Source: an uncultured Chloroflexia bacterium
GTDB lineage: Bacteria > Chloroflexota > Limnocylindria > Limnocylindrales > CSP1-4
DNA length: 64,000 nucleotides
Reading direction: 5' to 3'
Assembly: GCA_963734535.1 (NCBI GenBank)
Contig: CAVTHS010000002.1
Location: 1-64,000 of the forward strand
The translations under genes and the position numbers were made by a program. Shown in pieces: positions 37,993 through 49,675 of this stretch. The notes below the pieces were generated by a model. It saw only the letters and a list, made by a program, of their open reading frames with translations, was not told where the DNA came from and ran no database searches. The stretch's first letter is position 1; every line of letters starts with the position of its first letter.

Positions 37993-38808
37993 CTAACCGG
38001 TCCCGGCGGGCGCCTCCGCGTCGGCGTGCCAGGCAGACGCCGCATAGCGGTCGGCGAGGAGGCGCTCGGTGGCGACGCGCTCGGCGGGCGAGAGGGCCGT
38101 GGAAGCCGCGGCATCGACGCCGAAGGCCCGCAGCACCGCGATCTCCACGTCGGCCGCGGCCGGCGCGGCGCCGAGCTCGCGCGCGAGGGATGTGACGGCT
38201 ACGCGGCGGCTCATCGTGCGCTCCCAGCGTGGGTCGCCCGGCGCGCCCGGTCCGTTGCAGACACGAGCCAGCGCGTCGAGATCGGCGTCGACGAGGAGCG
38301 TCGCGTGGACGAGCAGGGCCCGGCCGCCGATCCATGCGGCCACGCCGGAGAGCTTTCCGCCGGGCGCCACGACGTCACGTTCGGTCAACTCCGCCGCCAC
38401 CCCCAGCGATCGGACGGCGGCCGCCAGCGGCGCCAGGACGAGCCGGTACAGCCCGGGCAGCCGCCGCAGCGACGGGTCGGCGACCAGGAGCGCGTCTTCA
38501 GGGCGGAGCACGACCGAGACGTTGAGGTTGCCCGGGTCGTGCCAGACCGTCCCGCCGCCCGTGAACCGGCGCAGGACCGGGGCGCCCAGCGCCGCCGCCG
38601 CCTCGAGGTCCACCTCCGCGGCCCCGAGCTGGAAGCGTCCCACGACCGCGCACGGCGCATTCCGCCAGAGCCGGAGGACGGGCGTCCGCGCCTCGGCATC
38701 GGCAGCCACATGACGGGCGATCGCCTCCTCGCGCGCCAGGTTGGTCCGCGGGTCGCGTTCGCCGTCGTCCGCGAGGTAGCGCCACGGAATGTCGTTGCCG
38801 GGCTCCAA
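37993..38808 (-). CDS. Lipoate-protein ligase A family protein
   Basis: NLAREEA, LRLWRN...VVGRFQ, RRFTGGGTVWHDPGNLN, KLSG, HATLL. TTG start inferred. Confidence 0.88.
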   Translation of the reverse strand: MEPGNDIPWRYLADDGERDPRTNLAREEAIARHVAADAEARTPVLRLWRNAPCAVVGRFQLGAAEVDLEAAAALGAPVLRRFTGGGTVWHDPGNLNVSVVLRPEDALLVADPSLRRLPGLYRLVLAPLAAAVRSLGVAAELTERDVVAPGGKLSGVAAWIGGRALLVHATLLVDADLDALARVCNGPGAPGDPRWERTMSRRVAVTSLARELGAAPAAADVEIAVLRAFGVDAAASTALSPAERVATERLLADRYAASAWHADAEAPAGTG

Positions 38809-38818
38809 CGTCGTCGGG

Positions 38819-39604
38819 CTACTCCTCGTCGGCCGAGCCGAGGCCCTCGAGCCCGGCGGACTCGGACGCGGCCTCGCCGCCGGAGCAGTCGAGCATGGCG
38901 GTGAACGGGTCGATCGCCGTCTGCGCCGCCTGGTGCTCCGCGATCCAGGAGCGCCACTCGGCACGAACCGCCGCCGTGAACGCGGCGGTCGTCCGGCTCG
39001 CGACGGTGACGCGCAGCGTGCTCAACCGCGACCGAAGCTCCGTCTCCCAGTCGGACGCGATCCCCTCGTGGCGCGCCTCGTGGGCCCGCAGCTCGCCCGT
39101 CATCGTCGACCAGCCGGTGGCCATGGCGGCGTTCGTCGGGGCCCACGACGGCATGTCGACGCTGACGCGCTTCGTAACGGTCGGGTTCGCGACCGTGGCC
39201 GTGATCACGCCACCGGATTCCTCGAAGGCTGGATCCCCGCCCCACGCGAAGGAGACGTTCGTCCGGGCCCAGCCGCTGTCCGCGCGGTACGGGCTGTTGG
39301 TATTCATGTAGCCGACCACGCGGTCGCAGTCGGCGGTGCCTCGCGGGAGCGTGACGGCCCAACGCTGGACGGGGAGCGCCGCGGCGGGAGCGAGAAGTCG
39401 CTGGAGCGCCGCGTTGCCGTGCCGGCGCTGGACCACGTCCGCAAGCCGCTGGCGGGTGCCCGCGTCGGCGCCCGTCATGAGCGCTCGCAGCGTGGCGGGA
39501 TTCGTCGCCACGTCGAGGGCCGGCTCGCAGCGGACGGCCGGGCGCGCGCCGTGGCGCTGCGGTCCGTGCTCGCGGGTGCCTGCATGGGCGAGGCCGGTTC
39601 CCAT
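38819..39604 (-). CDS. DUF922-like HExxH peptidase with QRxxGN..VQR N-terminal motif
   Basis: VQRRHGNAALQRLL...PVQR, then MPSW...W...LRAHEARHEGIA...Q..ID. Confidence 0.65.
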   Translation of the reverse strand: MGTGLAHAGTREHGPQRHGARPAVRCEPALDVATNPATLRALMTGADAGTRQRLADVVQRRHGNAALQRLLAPAAALPVQRWAVTLPRGTADCDRVVGYMNTNSPYRADSGWARTNVSFAWGGDPAFEESGGVITATVANPTVTKRVSVDMPSWAPTNAAMATGWSTMTGELRAHEARHEGIASDWETELRSRLSTLRVTVASRTTAAFTAAVRAEWRSWIAEHQAAQTAIDPFTAMLDCSGGEAASESAGLEGLGSADEE

Positions 39605-39883
39605 TGCGGTTACGGTACCCGGCCCGCGCAAGACGTGCCGCCAGACCCCGCCGTGACTCCGGCCCTCGGCCGACCTGCGGTCTCCTGGCGACAAGACGGG
39701 CGCGCACCGTCCGCTGAAGTGTCGCAGCGCCGACGGCTCGTCGATCACGCGGAGGCCGTGCTGGACCGCGGCGCAATGGCCGTCTCAAGCGACCTTGCAC
39801 TCGGGATGCAAGGGGACCTTCGTCACCTGCGCGCGGGCCGTTGCGCCCTCGCGTCACCCCGGCAGGTCGGGTTCCATGGGCGC

Positions 39884-40177
39884 ATGGCGTCCCCGCCCGC
39901 ATCCCCTGCCGCCGTCCCGCTCACGTCCCTGGCGATCGGCAGGTCGGCGCGAATCGTGGCGATCCCGGCGGACGCTGCCGTCGCCCTCGCGGCAGAGGGA
40001 CTGACGGCCGGAGACCTCCTCGAGATCGAGACGCGCCAGCCGTTCGGCGGGCCGGTCGTCGTGCGCGCCGGCCATGCACGCCTGGCACTCGCGGCGCGGA
40101 TCGCCCGCGGAATCGTCGTTGAGCCGCGTGGCGTCGGGGCGCCGACGCGATGCGACGTCGGGGCGCCGATGCGATGA
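39884..40177 (+). CDS. feoA: Ferrous iron transport protein A
   Basis: LAAEGLTAG...RQPFGGPVVV...LAL. ATGA overlap with feoB. Confidence 0.85.
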   Translation: MASPPASPAAVPLTSLAIGRSARIVAIPADAAVALAAEGLTAGDLLEIETRQPFGGPVVVRAGHARLALAARIARGIVVEPRGVGAPTRCDVGAPMR

Positions 40178-42171
40178 GGCACGCGAAAACGATGCCGCTC
40201 CAGGGTCCGGGGGCCGCCCATGCCACGCCCATCATCGCGCTGGTCGGCCGGCCCAACGTCGGCAAGTCGACCTTCCTCGCGCGGGCCAGCGGCCGATTCG
40301 CCGAGTCGGCCAACGTGCCCGGGACGACGGTCGGCACCGAGGCACGGCCAGTGGTCACGGCTGCCGGGCCGGCGATCCTGGTGGATCTCCCCGGCACGCT
40401 CGCGCTCGACGATCGCCCGGCGGGGGATGCGCCGTTCTGGCAGCTCCTCCTCGACGCGGCACCGGATGCCGTGCTGGTTGTCGCCGACGCAGGCAACCTG
40501 TCGCGCCATCTGCCGCTCGCCCTTGCCTGCCGGGACCTGGGCCTCCCGATCGTCCTGGCCGCGAACCTCTCCGACGAGGCGTCCGCGCGCGGCGTCGAGA
40601 TCGACGGCGGGGCACTGGCCCAGCTGCTGGTTGCTCCGGTTCATGGGACGGTGGGCCGAGACGGGACCGGGGTCTCGGCCGCACTCGAGGATGCCGTCCG
40701 GCGCGGTCGCCAGCGCGTGGCGGTCCGGGATGCTGGTGCGTCGCCGCGGGCCACCATCCCCGCAGCCGTCTACCCGCCGTCGGTCGAGGGGCGCCTGGCA
40801 TCCGAGACCGACCATCACCGGATCAGCCCATCCCTGGGAGCCGCGGCCGCGCCCGCGGCTCCGCTGGCACGCTTCGTCGCCGACGGCCGCGTCTCGCCGC
40901 GCGGGGCCGCGACGATCGCGCTGGCCGATCTCCTTGCGCCGCATCGGCGCGCCACGGCCGACGCGTGGGCCGAACGCGTGGAGCGGCGACGCGCCGTCGC
41001 GCCGGCCCTCGCGGAACGGATCGCGGCGGCGAGCGTGCGGCCGTCGACGGGGATCCCACTCCTGGTCGGTGTGCTCGCGGCGACCTTCGCCCTCGTGATG
41101 GTCGGGGGTGGGGCGGCTGCCGCCGCGCTCGGCACGGCCTGGAACGCCTGGGCGTCACCGACGATCCACGCGGTCGTGGGCACGCTTGTGCCCGTGCCCT
41201 GGCTGGCCAGCGCGCTCCTCTGGGCGCTCGACGCGGGCCTCCTTGCCATGCTCTCGGTGGGCCTCCCGTACGTCCTGGCGTTCTACGTCGTGATCGCCGC
41301 GCTCGAGGATTCGGGCTACCTCGCGAGCGTCACGGTGCTCGCGGACCGCGTCCTGGGCGCGGTCGGACTGCCGGGCAGGGCGGCGATCCCGCTCCTCGTG
41401 GCGACCGGCTGCAACGTGCCAGCGATCTACGCGACGCGAGTGCTCGCAACCCGGCGCGAACGCGTCATCGCCGCGTTCCTGGCCACGCTCACCCCGTGCT
41501 CGGCGCGATCGGCGGTCGTGATCGCGGCGCTGGTCCCGTTCGCGGGGCCCCTGGTTGCGATCGCGGCGTTCGGGCTCGTGAGCGCGCTCACCGTGGCGGC
41601 CGGAATCGGTGCGAATGCGCTGCTGCCGGGCCGGCAGTCACCCCTCGTGCTCGAGCTGCCGCCCTTCCGACGGCCGCTCCTGCGAAGCGTGACCGCCAAG
41701 GCGTGGTTCCGTTTCCGCGACTTCGTGCGCACGGCAACGCCGCTCATGCTGGTCGGGTTGTTCGTGCTGGGCCTGGCCTTCGAGACCGGCGCCGTCCACG
41801 CCTTCAGCGGGGTCGTGGCGCCGCTCGTCCACGGCTGGCTGGGGCTTCCGGCCGTGGCCGGCATCGCGCTTGCGTTCTCCTTCCTGCGCAAGGAGCTGGC
41901 GCTCCAGCTGCTCCTGGTCCTCGCCGCTGCCGAGGCCGCGGGGACCGCCGTCGCGGCCGCGGGCGCGCCGATCGCCCTCAACGCTCTGATGACGCCGTCC
42001 CAGCTCTTCGTCTACGCCATCGTCGCGTCCGTCTCGCTCCCGTGCGTGGCGACCTTCGCGGCGCTCGCCGGCGAGCTCGGCCGGCGGACCGCGGTCCTGA
42101 TGAGCGTGGCATCGATCGCCCTGGCGGTTGCCGCAGGCGGCGTGCTGGCCCGGGTGGTCGGGATCGCCTGA
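40174..42171 (+). CDS. feoB: Ferrous iron transport protein B
   Basis: GRPNVGKS, NVPGTTV, DLPG, LEDSGY, GCNVPA, PCSAR, ELPP, RKE, PCVAT. Confidence 0.93.
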   Translation: MRHAKTMPLQGPGAAHATPIIALVGRPNVGKSTFLARASGRFAESANVPGTTVGTEARPVVTAAGPAILVDLPGTLALDDRPAGDAPFWQLLLDAAPDAVLVVADAGNLSRHLPLALACRDLGLPIVLAANLSDEASARGVEIDGGALAQLLVAPVHGTVGRDGTGVSAALEDAVRRGRQRVAVRDAGASPRATIPAAVYPPSVEGRLASETDHHRISPSLGAAAAPAAPLARFVADGRVSPRGAATIALADLLAPHRRATADAWAERVERRRAVAPALAERIAAASVRPSTGIPLLVGVLAATFALVMVGGGAAAAALGTAWNAWASPTIHAVVGTLVPVPWLASALLWALDAGLLAMLSVGLPYVLAFYVVIAALEDSGYLASVTVLADRVLGAVGLPGRAAIPLLVATGCNVPAIYATRVLATRRERVIAAFLATLTPCSARSAVVIAALVPFAGPLVAIAAFGLVSALTVAAGIGANALLPGRQSPLVLELPPFRRPLLRSVTAKAWFRFRDFVRTATPLMLVGLFVLGLAFETGAVHAFSGVVAPLVHGWLGLPAVAGIALAFSFLRKELALQLLLVLAAAEAAGTAVAAAGAPIALNALMTPSQLFVYAIVASVSLPCVATFAALAGELGRRTAVLMSVASIALAVAAGGVLARVVGIA

Positions 42172-42175
42172 CCGG

Positions 42176-43513
42176 TCAGCCCTTGCGGCCGCGCTTGAGC
42201 TCGGCCACGTCGAACGCTGCGGTCGCCGACGACCAGTTCGGGGAGACCTCCACGCGCGTCGCGAGGACGAGCCGCGTCATGCCAGAGACCGTGAAGAGCA
42301 GCGCGAACGCGGGGTAGCCGAGTGGCAGGAGCGCGAGAAGGATGCCCGACGAGGTCTGCCCGATCGTCAGGCCCGCCGCGCTCATGGCCACGAACGCTCC
42401 CTGGGCGCCGATCAGGTCGACGCCGCCGGTCAGGCGGAGGAGCCGCTCGTTCGCTGCGAGCGAGCCGGCCGAGGCACCGGACGACGCCATCGCGGCCACC
42501 ACGCAGAGGACGAGCCAGGCGACGGGGTTCCCGGGGAACGCGAGCAGGCCGACGATCATCGACCCGCCGCGCAGGACGAACGACAGGCGCAGGGTTCGTG
42601 ACGCGGAGCCGCGGTTGAGCCACCCGCCGACCACGGTTGCGGCGACGAGCGAGGCTGCCGACCCGATCGCGGAGAGCAGGATCGCGAAGCCCGGCGGCAG
42701 GTGCAGGACGCTGATGCTGTAGATCGAGAGATACGGGCCCATGCCGGCGCCGAACGCGGCGATCGCCACGGCGCGGATGAACCGGTTCGTCTCGGGGCTG
42801 CGCGGCGGCGCCTCACCGCGGGGCGCAACGCGAACCCGGCCCGGGCGGCGGAGGCGCCGCACGACGGCGAGCTCCACGATCCCGAAGACCCCCGCGATCC
42901 CGAAGATGCATGCGTAGACGAGGAGGCCGATCGCGCTCAGCCCTGCCTGGACGATGAGCGCCACGGGCAGCAGCAGCATTGCGCCCAGGCCCTGGGTGAT
43001 GCCCATGACGCGCGGTGCCACGAACCGCCGCTCGCCCTCCGGGAGGATCGCTCCGTACCACGCGAGGAGGTTGGCGCCGCCGATCGCGGAGGCGGCTCCG
43101 GCGAGGCTCATCACGGCGGCGATCGCGACGATCGCCACGGGCGATCCGATGAGATGGAGCTCATGGAGGACCACGACCGCGGCGAACACGAAGCCGCGCG
43201 TCTCGCCGACGGCGAGGATGCCGAGCGTCACGAGGCGGAGGTTGCCGTCCGTGCGCCGCAGGAGCGACGGGACCAACAGCTGGGCGGCGCTCACGGCGAA
43301 GGGGAGGACGCCGATGACGGTCGCCGCCGCCGCGGGCGTTCCGAGCGCCAGCAGGAGCGGGATCGTCAGGCCGTCCCCGGCCAGCGCGAAGACCGCCGCC
43401 GCGGTACCGCCGATCCCCTGGAAGGTCCGATACCGCGGCGCGCCGAACGCCCGCCACTCGTCGACCGAGGTGCGTGCGCCCGCGGGCACGCCGAGCCGGT
43501 TGAACGCCGGCAT
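42176..43513 (-). CDS. MFS-type membrane transporter
   Basis: About 12 hydrophobic segments in two halves, with WYGAILPEGERRF at the loop. Confidence 0.7.
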   Translation of the reverse strand: MPAFNRLGVPAGARTSVDEWRAFGAPRYRTFQGIGGTAAAVFALAGDGLTIPLLLALGTPAAAATVIGVLPFAVSAAQLLVPSLLRRTDGNLRLVTLGILAVGETRGFVFAAVVVLHELHLIGSPVAIVAIAAVMSLAGAASAIGGANLLAWYGAILPEGERRFVAPRVMGITQGLGAMLLLPVALIVQAGLSAIGLLVYACIFGIAGVFGIVELAVVRRLRRPGRVRVAPRGEAPPRSPETNRFIRAVAIAAFGAGMGPYLSIYSISVLHLPPGFAILLSAIGSAASLVAATVVGGWLNRGSASRTLRLSFVLRGGSMIVGLLAFPGNPVAWLVLCVVAAMASSGASAGSLAANERLLRLTGGVDLIGAQGAFVAMSAAGLTIGQTSSGILLALLPLGYPAFALLFTVSGMTRLVLATRVEVSPNWSSATAAFDVAELKRGRKG

Positions 43514-43678
43514 CGAGCGCCGCCGGATTCGTTCGCGAAGGTGGAGGCTTCGCCGGCCGCGATGCGGCAGGTGGGCTCGCGGACGGCTGGCTCGGGGCAC
43601 GGCCCCAATGGTAGCGGGGGAGCCGGCGGGTCCCGGGCGCGGGCGAGTCCCTGGGAGTGGCTCGGGTCCGCCGAACGG

Positions 43679-44104
43679 TCAGTCGAGCGTGATCGTCAGG
43701 CCGCTGTCGTCCTCGTCCCGGATGTCGACGATGGGACCGCGGAGGCCGGTCCGGATCGCCTCGCGGACGCGATCTGCATAGCCCGTCGGGATCCCCGGGA
43801 GCGAGCCGGCGAGGCCGGCGAGAACCCCGGGCACCTGCAGGTCCACGACAACGCGCCCGTTCTCGCGGACCTGGACGCGGATCCGGTTCGGCGTGCTCGA
43901 CGTGGAAGGACCCGACGGGCCGGACGAGCCCGACCGGCTGGCCTTTCCTCCGGCCGGGTGCGCGCCGGGAGCGCCCGGCCCCGACGTCGATCCTCGCGAC
44001 GCTCGATCCGCCGTAGCGAGGGCGTCGAGGATCGGGGCCGCTTCCCCGGGTGTGAGCCGGCCGTCCGCGACGAGTCGCAGGATGTCGTCGACGGCGTCAC
44101 CCAT
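43679..44104 (-). CDS. SHOCT-like (YvlB/DUF2089-associated) protein
   Basis: ILRLVADGRLTPGEAAPILDAL...RIRVQV...VDLQVP...IVDI. Confidence 0.75.
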   Translation of the reverse strand: MGDAVDDILRLVADGRLTPGEAAPILDALATADRASRGSTSGPGAPGAHPAGGKASRSGSSGPSGPSTSSTPNRIRVQVRENGRVVVDLQVPGVLAGLAGSLPGIPTGYADRVREAIRTGLRGPIVDIRDEDDSGLTITLD

Positions 44105-45155
44105 CGCGCTTCCCGGTGCCGAGTCGGCGCTCGGCCTCGGCGACGTCGATCTCGCCGCGGGCGAGCGCCTCGAGGACGGCCAGGGTCTCGGCCGGGTCCG
44201 GCGGCGTCGGTTCCGCTTCGGCGCCCCGGAAAGCCGGGATCGGCGGCGTCGGCGGACGCGCCGGCGCCAGGGGGAATGGCGGTGTCGCGGGGCGCGGCAG
44301 CGCGTCGTGCGCGGATGCGTTCGCCGCGCCGCTCCGCCCTGGGCGGACCCTTCCGGCCCGCACCTCGACGTCGCCCGAGAGCGTCCGGACCGAGAGCCGG
44401 GCAGCACCGTCGCCGATGACCATGGGATCCCGTCGCCCGTTCCCCGCGCGCCGGTCGGGGTGCGCGCAATCCACGTCGCCCGAGACGGTGCGGACCTCGA
44501 TCGTCACGCCACCGTCCACCGCCAGGTCGATGTCGCCGGAGGTGGTGTTGACGACGTGATCCCCGGCGGGCGCGAAGCTGCTCGCGATCTCCACGTCGCC
44601 GCTCACGGTGGTGATGTTCGTCCGCTCGGTCCGCGGCGCGTCGATCTCCACGTCGCCGCTGACGGTTCGGACGGTCGCCGCGATGGGGGCGGTGGCGACG
44701 ACCTTGAGGTTTCCCGATGCGCCCTCCATGCGGAGCTCACCGCCGCCGCCGCGCAGCGAGACGTCGCCGCTGGCCGTCCGGACGGCAGCCGAGCCGGTCA
44801 CGTCGCGCACGCTCACGTCGCCCGAGCTGGCGCTGATCTCCAGGCGTGCGTCGCGCGGCACCTCCAGCTCCACGGTGCCCCCGCCCACGTCGAGCCCGAA
44901 GAGCCCGAGGCTGCCGAGGCGGAAGCCGAAGCCGCGCCCCCGGATGACCCGCCCCAGGTGGATCCCGTAGCTCCCCGGCCCGGTCGTGACCTCGATCGCG
45001 GGATGATCGGCCGCCGGGGCAACCAGGCGCACGAGCGTGCCGTCCACGCCGCGCACGCGGACGTCGTTCGAGCCCACGCCGACGACCACCAATCCGCGCG
45101 GCCCGATGTCGTGCTCGCGGACCAGCGGGCCGGCCGCGAGGTCTTCGTCGTGCAT
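44097..45155 (-). CDS. DUF4097 (toastrack/adhesin beta-repeat) protein with C-terminal SHOCT-like motif
   Basis: Repeated (T/S)xSGDV units and VLEALARGEIDVAEAERRL. Confidence 0.88.
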   Translation of the reverse strand: MHDEDLAAGPLVREHDIGPRGLVVVGVGSNDVRVRGVDGTLVRLVAPAADHPAIEVTTGPGSYGIHLGRVIRGRGFGFRLGSLGLFGLDVGGGTVELEVPRDARLEISASSGDVSVRDVTGSAAVRTASGDVSLRGGGGELRMEGASGNLKVVATAPIAATVRTVSGDVEIDAPRTERTNITTVSGDVEIASSFAPAGDHVVNTTSGDIDLAVDGGVTIEVRTVSGDVDCAHPDRRAGNGRRDPMVIGDGAARLSVRTLSGDVEVRAGRVRPGRSGAANASAHDALPRPATPPFPLAPARPPTPPIPAFRGAEAEPTPPDPAETLAVLEALARGEIDVAEAERRLGTGKRDG

Positions 45156-45158
45156 CGG

Positions 45159-45605
45159 TCAGCCTCCCAGGGCTCGCAGCTCGGCAGCGGCCGAGGCGGC
45201 GTCGATCTCGCGTCGCGCGAGCCGTTCGAGGACCTCGCGCCGGGCAGCGGCGATGTCCACGGCCGCGGAGGCTGCCTCGGAACTTCCGCCCTGTCCAGCC
45301 GCGTCGGATTCGACCGGCTCGTCATCGATCATCGTGTCATCGGCGAGCCCGAGCGCACGCAGGAGTGCCTCGACGCGCGCCCGCACGGTCGGGTAGGAGA
45401 TGCCGAGCTCGCGTTCCATCTCCTTGAGGTTGCCCTTCGAGCGGAGGAAGCTCTCCAGCAGGGCGAACTGCTCTCGTGACAGCCGCGCGAAACGTCCGAC
45501 GTTGAAGTCTCCCTCGAGCGTGGTTGCGCACGAGCGGCAGTGGAGCCGGGTCACCGCCAGCTCCCCGCCGCAGATGGGACAGGTCGCGATGGCGTCGTGG
45601 GGCAT
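45159..45605 (-). CDS. DUF2089 Zn-ribbon/HTH regulator with SHOCT-like tail
   Basis: CPICG...HCRSC.T.LEG.F, GNLKEMERELGISYPTVRAR, VLERLARREIDA. Confidence 0.92.
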   Translation of the reverse strand: MPHDAIATCPICGGELAVTRLHCRSCATTLEGDFNVGRFARLSREQFALLESFLRSKGNLKEMERELGISYPTVRARVEALLRALGLADDTMIDDEPVESDAAGQGGSSEAASAAVDIAAARREVLERLARREIDAASAAAELRALGG

Positions 45606-45748
45606 CAGGGCCGCTCCTTTCGCGGGCGCGGCTCCGGCCGGACGCAGCCGTCGATCCGCCGTCGCTCGGCGGCGGTCGATCGGTCGGCCATCTCCCGGCG
45701 GATCTCGCTCGAGCCCAGGCGGGGGAAGAGGATCCGGTATTCGTACAT
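45605..45748 (-). CDS. 47-aa leader ORF translationally coupled to DUF2089
   Basis: GGGAGA RBS, ATG at 45748, MYEYRILFPRLGSSEIRREMADR..., TGATG overlap with the next start. Confidence 0.55.
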   Translation of the reverse strand: MYEYRILFPRLGSSEIRREMADRSTAAERRRIDGCVRPEPRPRKERP

Positions 45749-45927
45749 CGTGTGTCTCCCGTTCGTCGCACACCGTGCGTTGCCTGGATATTGCTCCAGA
45801 CAATACCAGTTTGTCAAGCAAAGATTCCAATATAGAAAGGTCGCGATCAATCTGATCGATCGGCGGCTCGGTTGTCTCGCTGCGACCGCCGCATGCCGAT
45901 GAGCCTCGCGGACGCTACGATCCCGCC

Positions 45928-48009
<2,082 letters not shown>

Positions 48010-48132
48010 TTGATCGAGCCTCCGCGGGCCGGGCGTCGGGTTACTGCGGCCCGGGACGCGGCGCCTGCACCCGGCGGGCGTCGGGCCGCTGCGGAGGTCA
48101 GGCGCCCAGGACGCCTCGAGCCCGGTCCACGA

Positions 48133-48495
48133 TCATGACGTGCCCGCTTCGCGCGGCTCGCCCGTGGCCGTCGGCGTGGCCTGGTGGAAGCGCAGACGCC
48201 AGCGGCCCTCGCGATGAACCCAGAGCGAGGAGCGCCACGCGTGTCGAGGGGAGCCATCGGGGGAGCGCGAGGTGGTGCGGAAGGTGACCAGGATGACGCG
48301 CTCGTCGATCGGGATGGTCGTGAACGACCCGATCGTCACGTCCGCCGTGGGGGCGCGCTCGAGCAGGTCGAGCACGGTGGCCCGGTCCCAGCGCCGGCCG
48401 CTGGCCCCGAACTCCTCGAAGTCGTCGGCGAGCATGCCCGCAAGGCCACCCGGGATCGCCGCTCCGTCGCGCCGGGCGAGGGCGAGCTCGTACAC
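48133..48495 (-). CDS. DUF4440 (NTF2-like) protein
   Basis: LADDFEEFGASG, RSSLW...WRLRFHQAT. The start may extend to 48522. Confidence 0.85.
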   Translation of the reverse strand: MYELALARRDGAAIPGGLAGMLADDFEEFGASGRRWDRATVLDLLERAPTADVTIGSFTTIPIDERVILVTFRTTSRSPDGSPRHAWRSSLWVHREGRWRLRFHQATPTATGEPREAGTS

Positions 48496-48518
48496 GAGGA
48501 GCTGATCGGCGTGCGCGG

Positions 48519-48701
48519 TCAGGGCTTCGGCGCTCCGTCCGTGCGGTCTGCGTCCCGCCGGAGCTCGTCAGCCTCCTTGCGCGCGGCCTTCACGCCCCGT
48601 CCCAGCACTCCACCCCACTTCGGGAGCATCTTCGGGCCGCGCCACACGAGCACGACCGCGAGCACGATCAGGAGGACGACGACGGTATCGAGGCCGAACA
48701 T
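48519..48701 (-). CDS. tatA: TatA/E-family twin-arginine translocase subunit
   Basis: N-terminal TM, then GPKMLPKWGGVLGRGVK amphipathic helix. Confidence 0.75.
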   Translation of the reverse strand: MFGLDTVVVLLIVLAVVLVWRGPKMLPKWGGVLGRGVKAARKEADELRRDADRTDGAPKP

Positions 48702-48970
48702 GTTCGCATGGTAGCCGAGGCGCTCGGCGGCCGTCGATAGGCGCACCCGATGCCGCGGTGTCACGAGGCGCGTTCGCCGCCGTGGCCGTCTCTCCAGGAG
48801 TGCTCGCGTCGTGGCCGCCGCTTGGGCGGTTGGCGCCAGGGTGGCCGCTCGCGTCGCCGCGGTGTCATGCTCGGCATGGAGACCGTCTGCGCGGTGGGCG
48901 GCGGCGGATGCCCGGGCCGAGGTGCCCGCCACCCCTTCGGCCCGATCATCCGCAAACGTCCCGCAGGGTG

Positions 48971-48999
48971 TTGACAAAGTAGTTAGTAACCACTATCTT
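48971..48999 (+). promoter_or_regulatory. Sigma70-type promoter with overlapping operator, probably leaderless
   Basis: TTGACA, 17 bp, TATCTT, 6 nt before the ATG at 49006. Imperfect palindrome TAGTTAG-TA-ACCACTA at 48980-48995. Confidence 0.75.
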
Positions 49000-49005
49000 C
49001 CGCGC

Positions 49006-49590
49006 ATGACAACGACGTACCCGACGACGACCCACCGAGCGCGGGGTCCCCGCATCTCCGCGGACGAGCGGCGCGCCGAGGTCGTCGAGGCAGCGGTCGC
49101 GGCGTTCGCCGCCAACGGCTACGCCGGCACGTCGACCGAGACGATCGCGGACCTCGCGGGCGTGTCGCAGCCGTACGTCTTCCGGCTGTTCGGCAGCAAG
49201 CAGGAACTTTTCCTGGCGGCAGTCGAGCGGGCCTTCGAGCGTGTAACGCTCGCGTTCGAGGCCGCCGCGCGCACCCCGGTCGGGGAGATCCCCGGGCTGA
49301 ACCCGATCCTCGGCTCGATGGCCCTGGCGTACCACCGGCTGTTGGCCGATCGGTCGCTGCTGCGCCTCCAGCTTCACGCGTACGCGGCGTCCGGCGACCC
49401 GGTCGTGGGCGCCTTCGTCCGGCAGCGGTACGCGACCCTCGTCCATCGCGTCAGCGAACTCTCGGGCGTCCCCGCCGCCGAGCTGCGGAGCTTCTTCGCC
49501 GAGGGGATGCTGATGACCGTGGCGGCCTCGCTCGATCTCACCGACGCCGACGTCGCGTGGACCGAGATGTGCGACGGAGGGCCGGCCTAG
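49006..49590 (+). CDS. TetR/AcrR-family regulator
   Basis: FAANGYAGTSTETIADLAGVSQPYVFRLFGSKQELF. Confidence 0.95.
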   Translation: MTTTYPTTTHRARGPRISADERRAEVVEAAVAAFAANGYAGTSTETIADLAGVSQPYVFRLFGSKQELFLAAVERAFERVTLAFEAAARTPVGEIPGLNPILGSMALAYHRLLADRSLLRLQLHAYAASGDPVVGAFVRQRYATLVHRVSELSGVPAAELRSFFAEGMLMTVAASLDLTDADVAWTEMCDGGPA

Positions 49591-49628
49591 CGTCGAGCGT
49601 CCCGGCCCCCCTTTTTGGCTCCGTAAGA

Positions 49629-49644
49629 TAGTGAGTGCTCACTA
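49629..49644. promoter_or_regulatory. Second TetR operator upstream of the MFS gene
   Basis: Perfect palindrome TAGTGAG-TG-CTCACTA, similar to the one at 48980-48995. Confidence 0.7.
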
Positions 49645-49675
49645 GTCACCTGCAGACATCGGAAGGGAATCCCAA

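Noticed and set aside
48761-48955. Arg-rich small ORF upstream of tatA
   Set aside because: Its composition is typical of non-coding high-GC frames, and there is no supporting signal.
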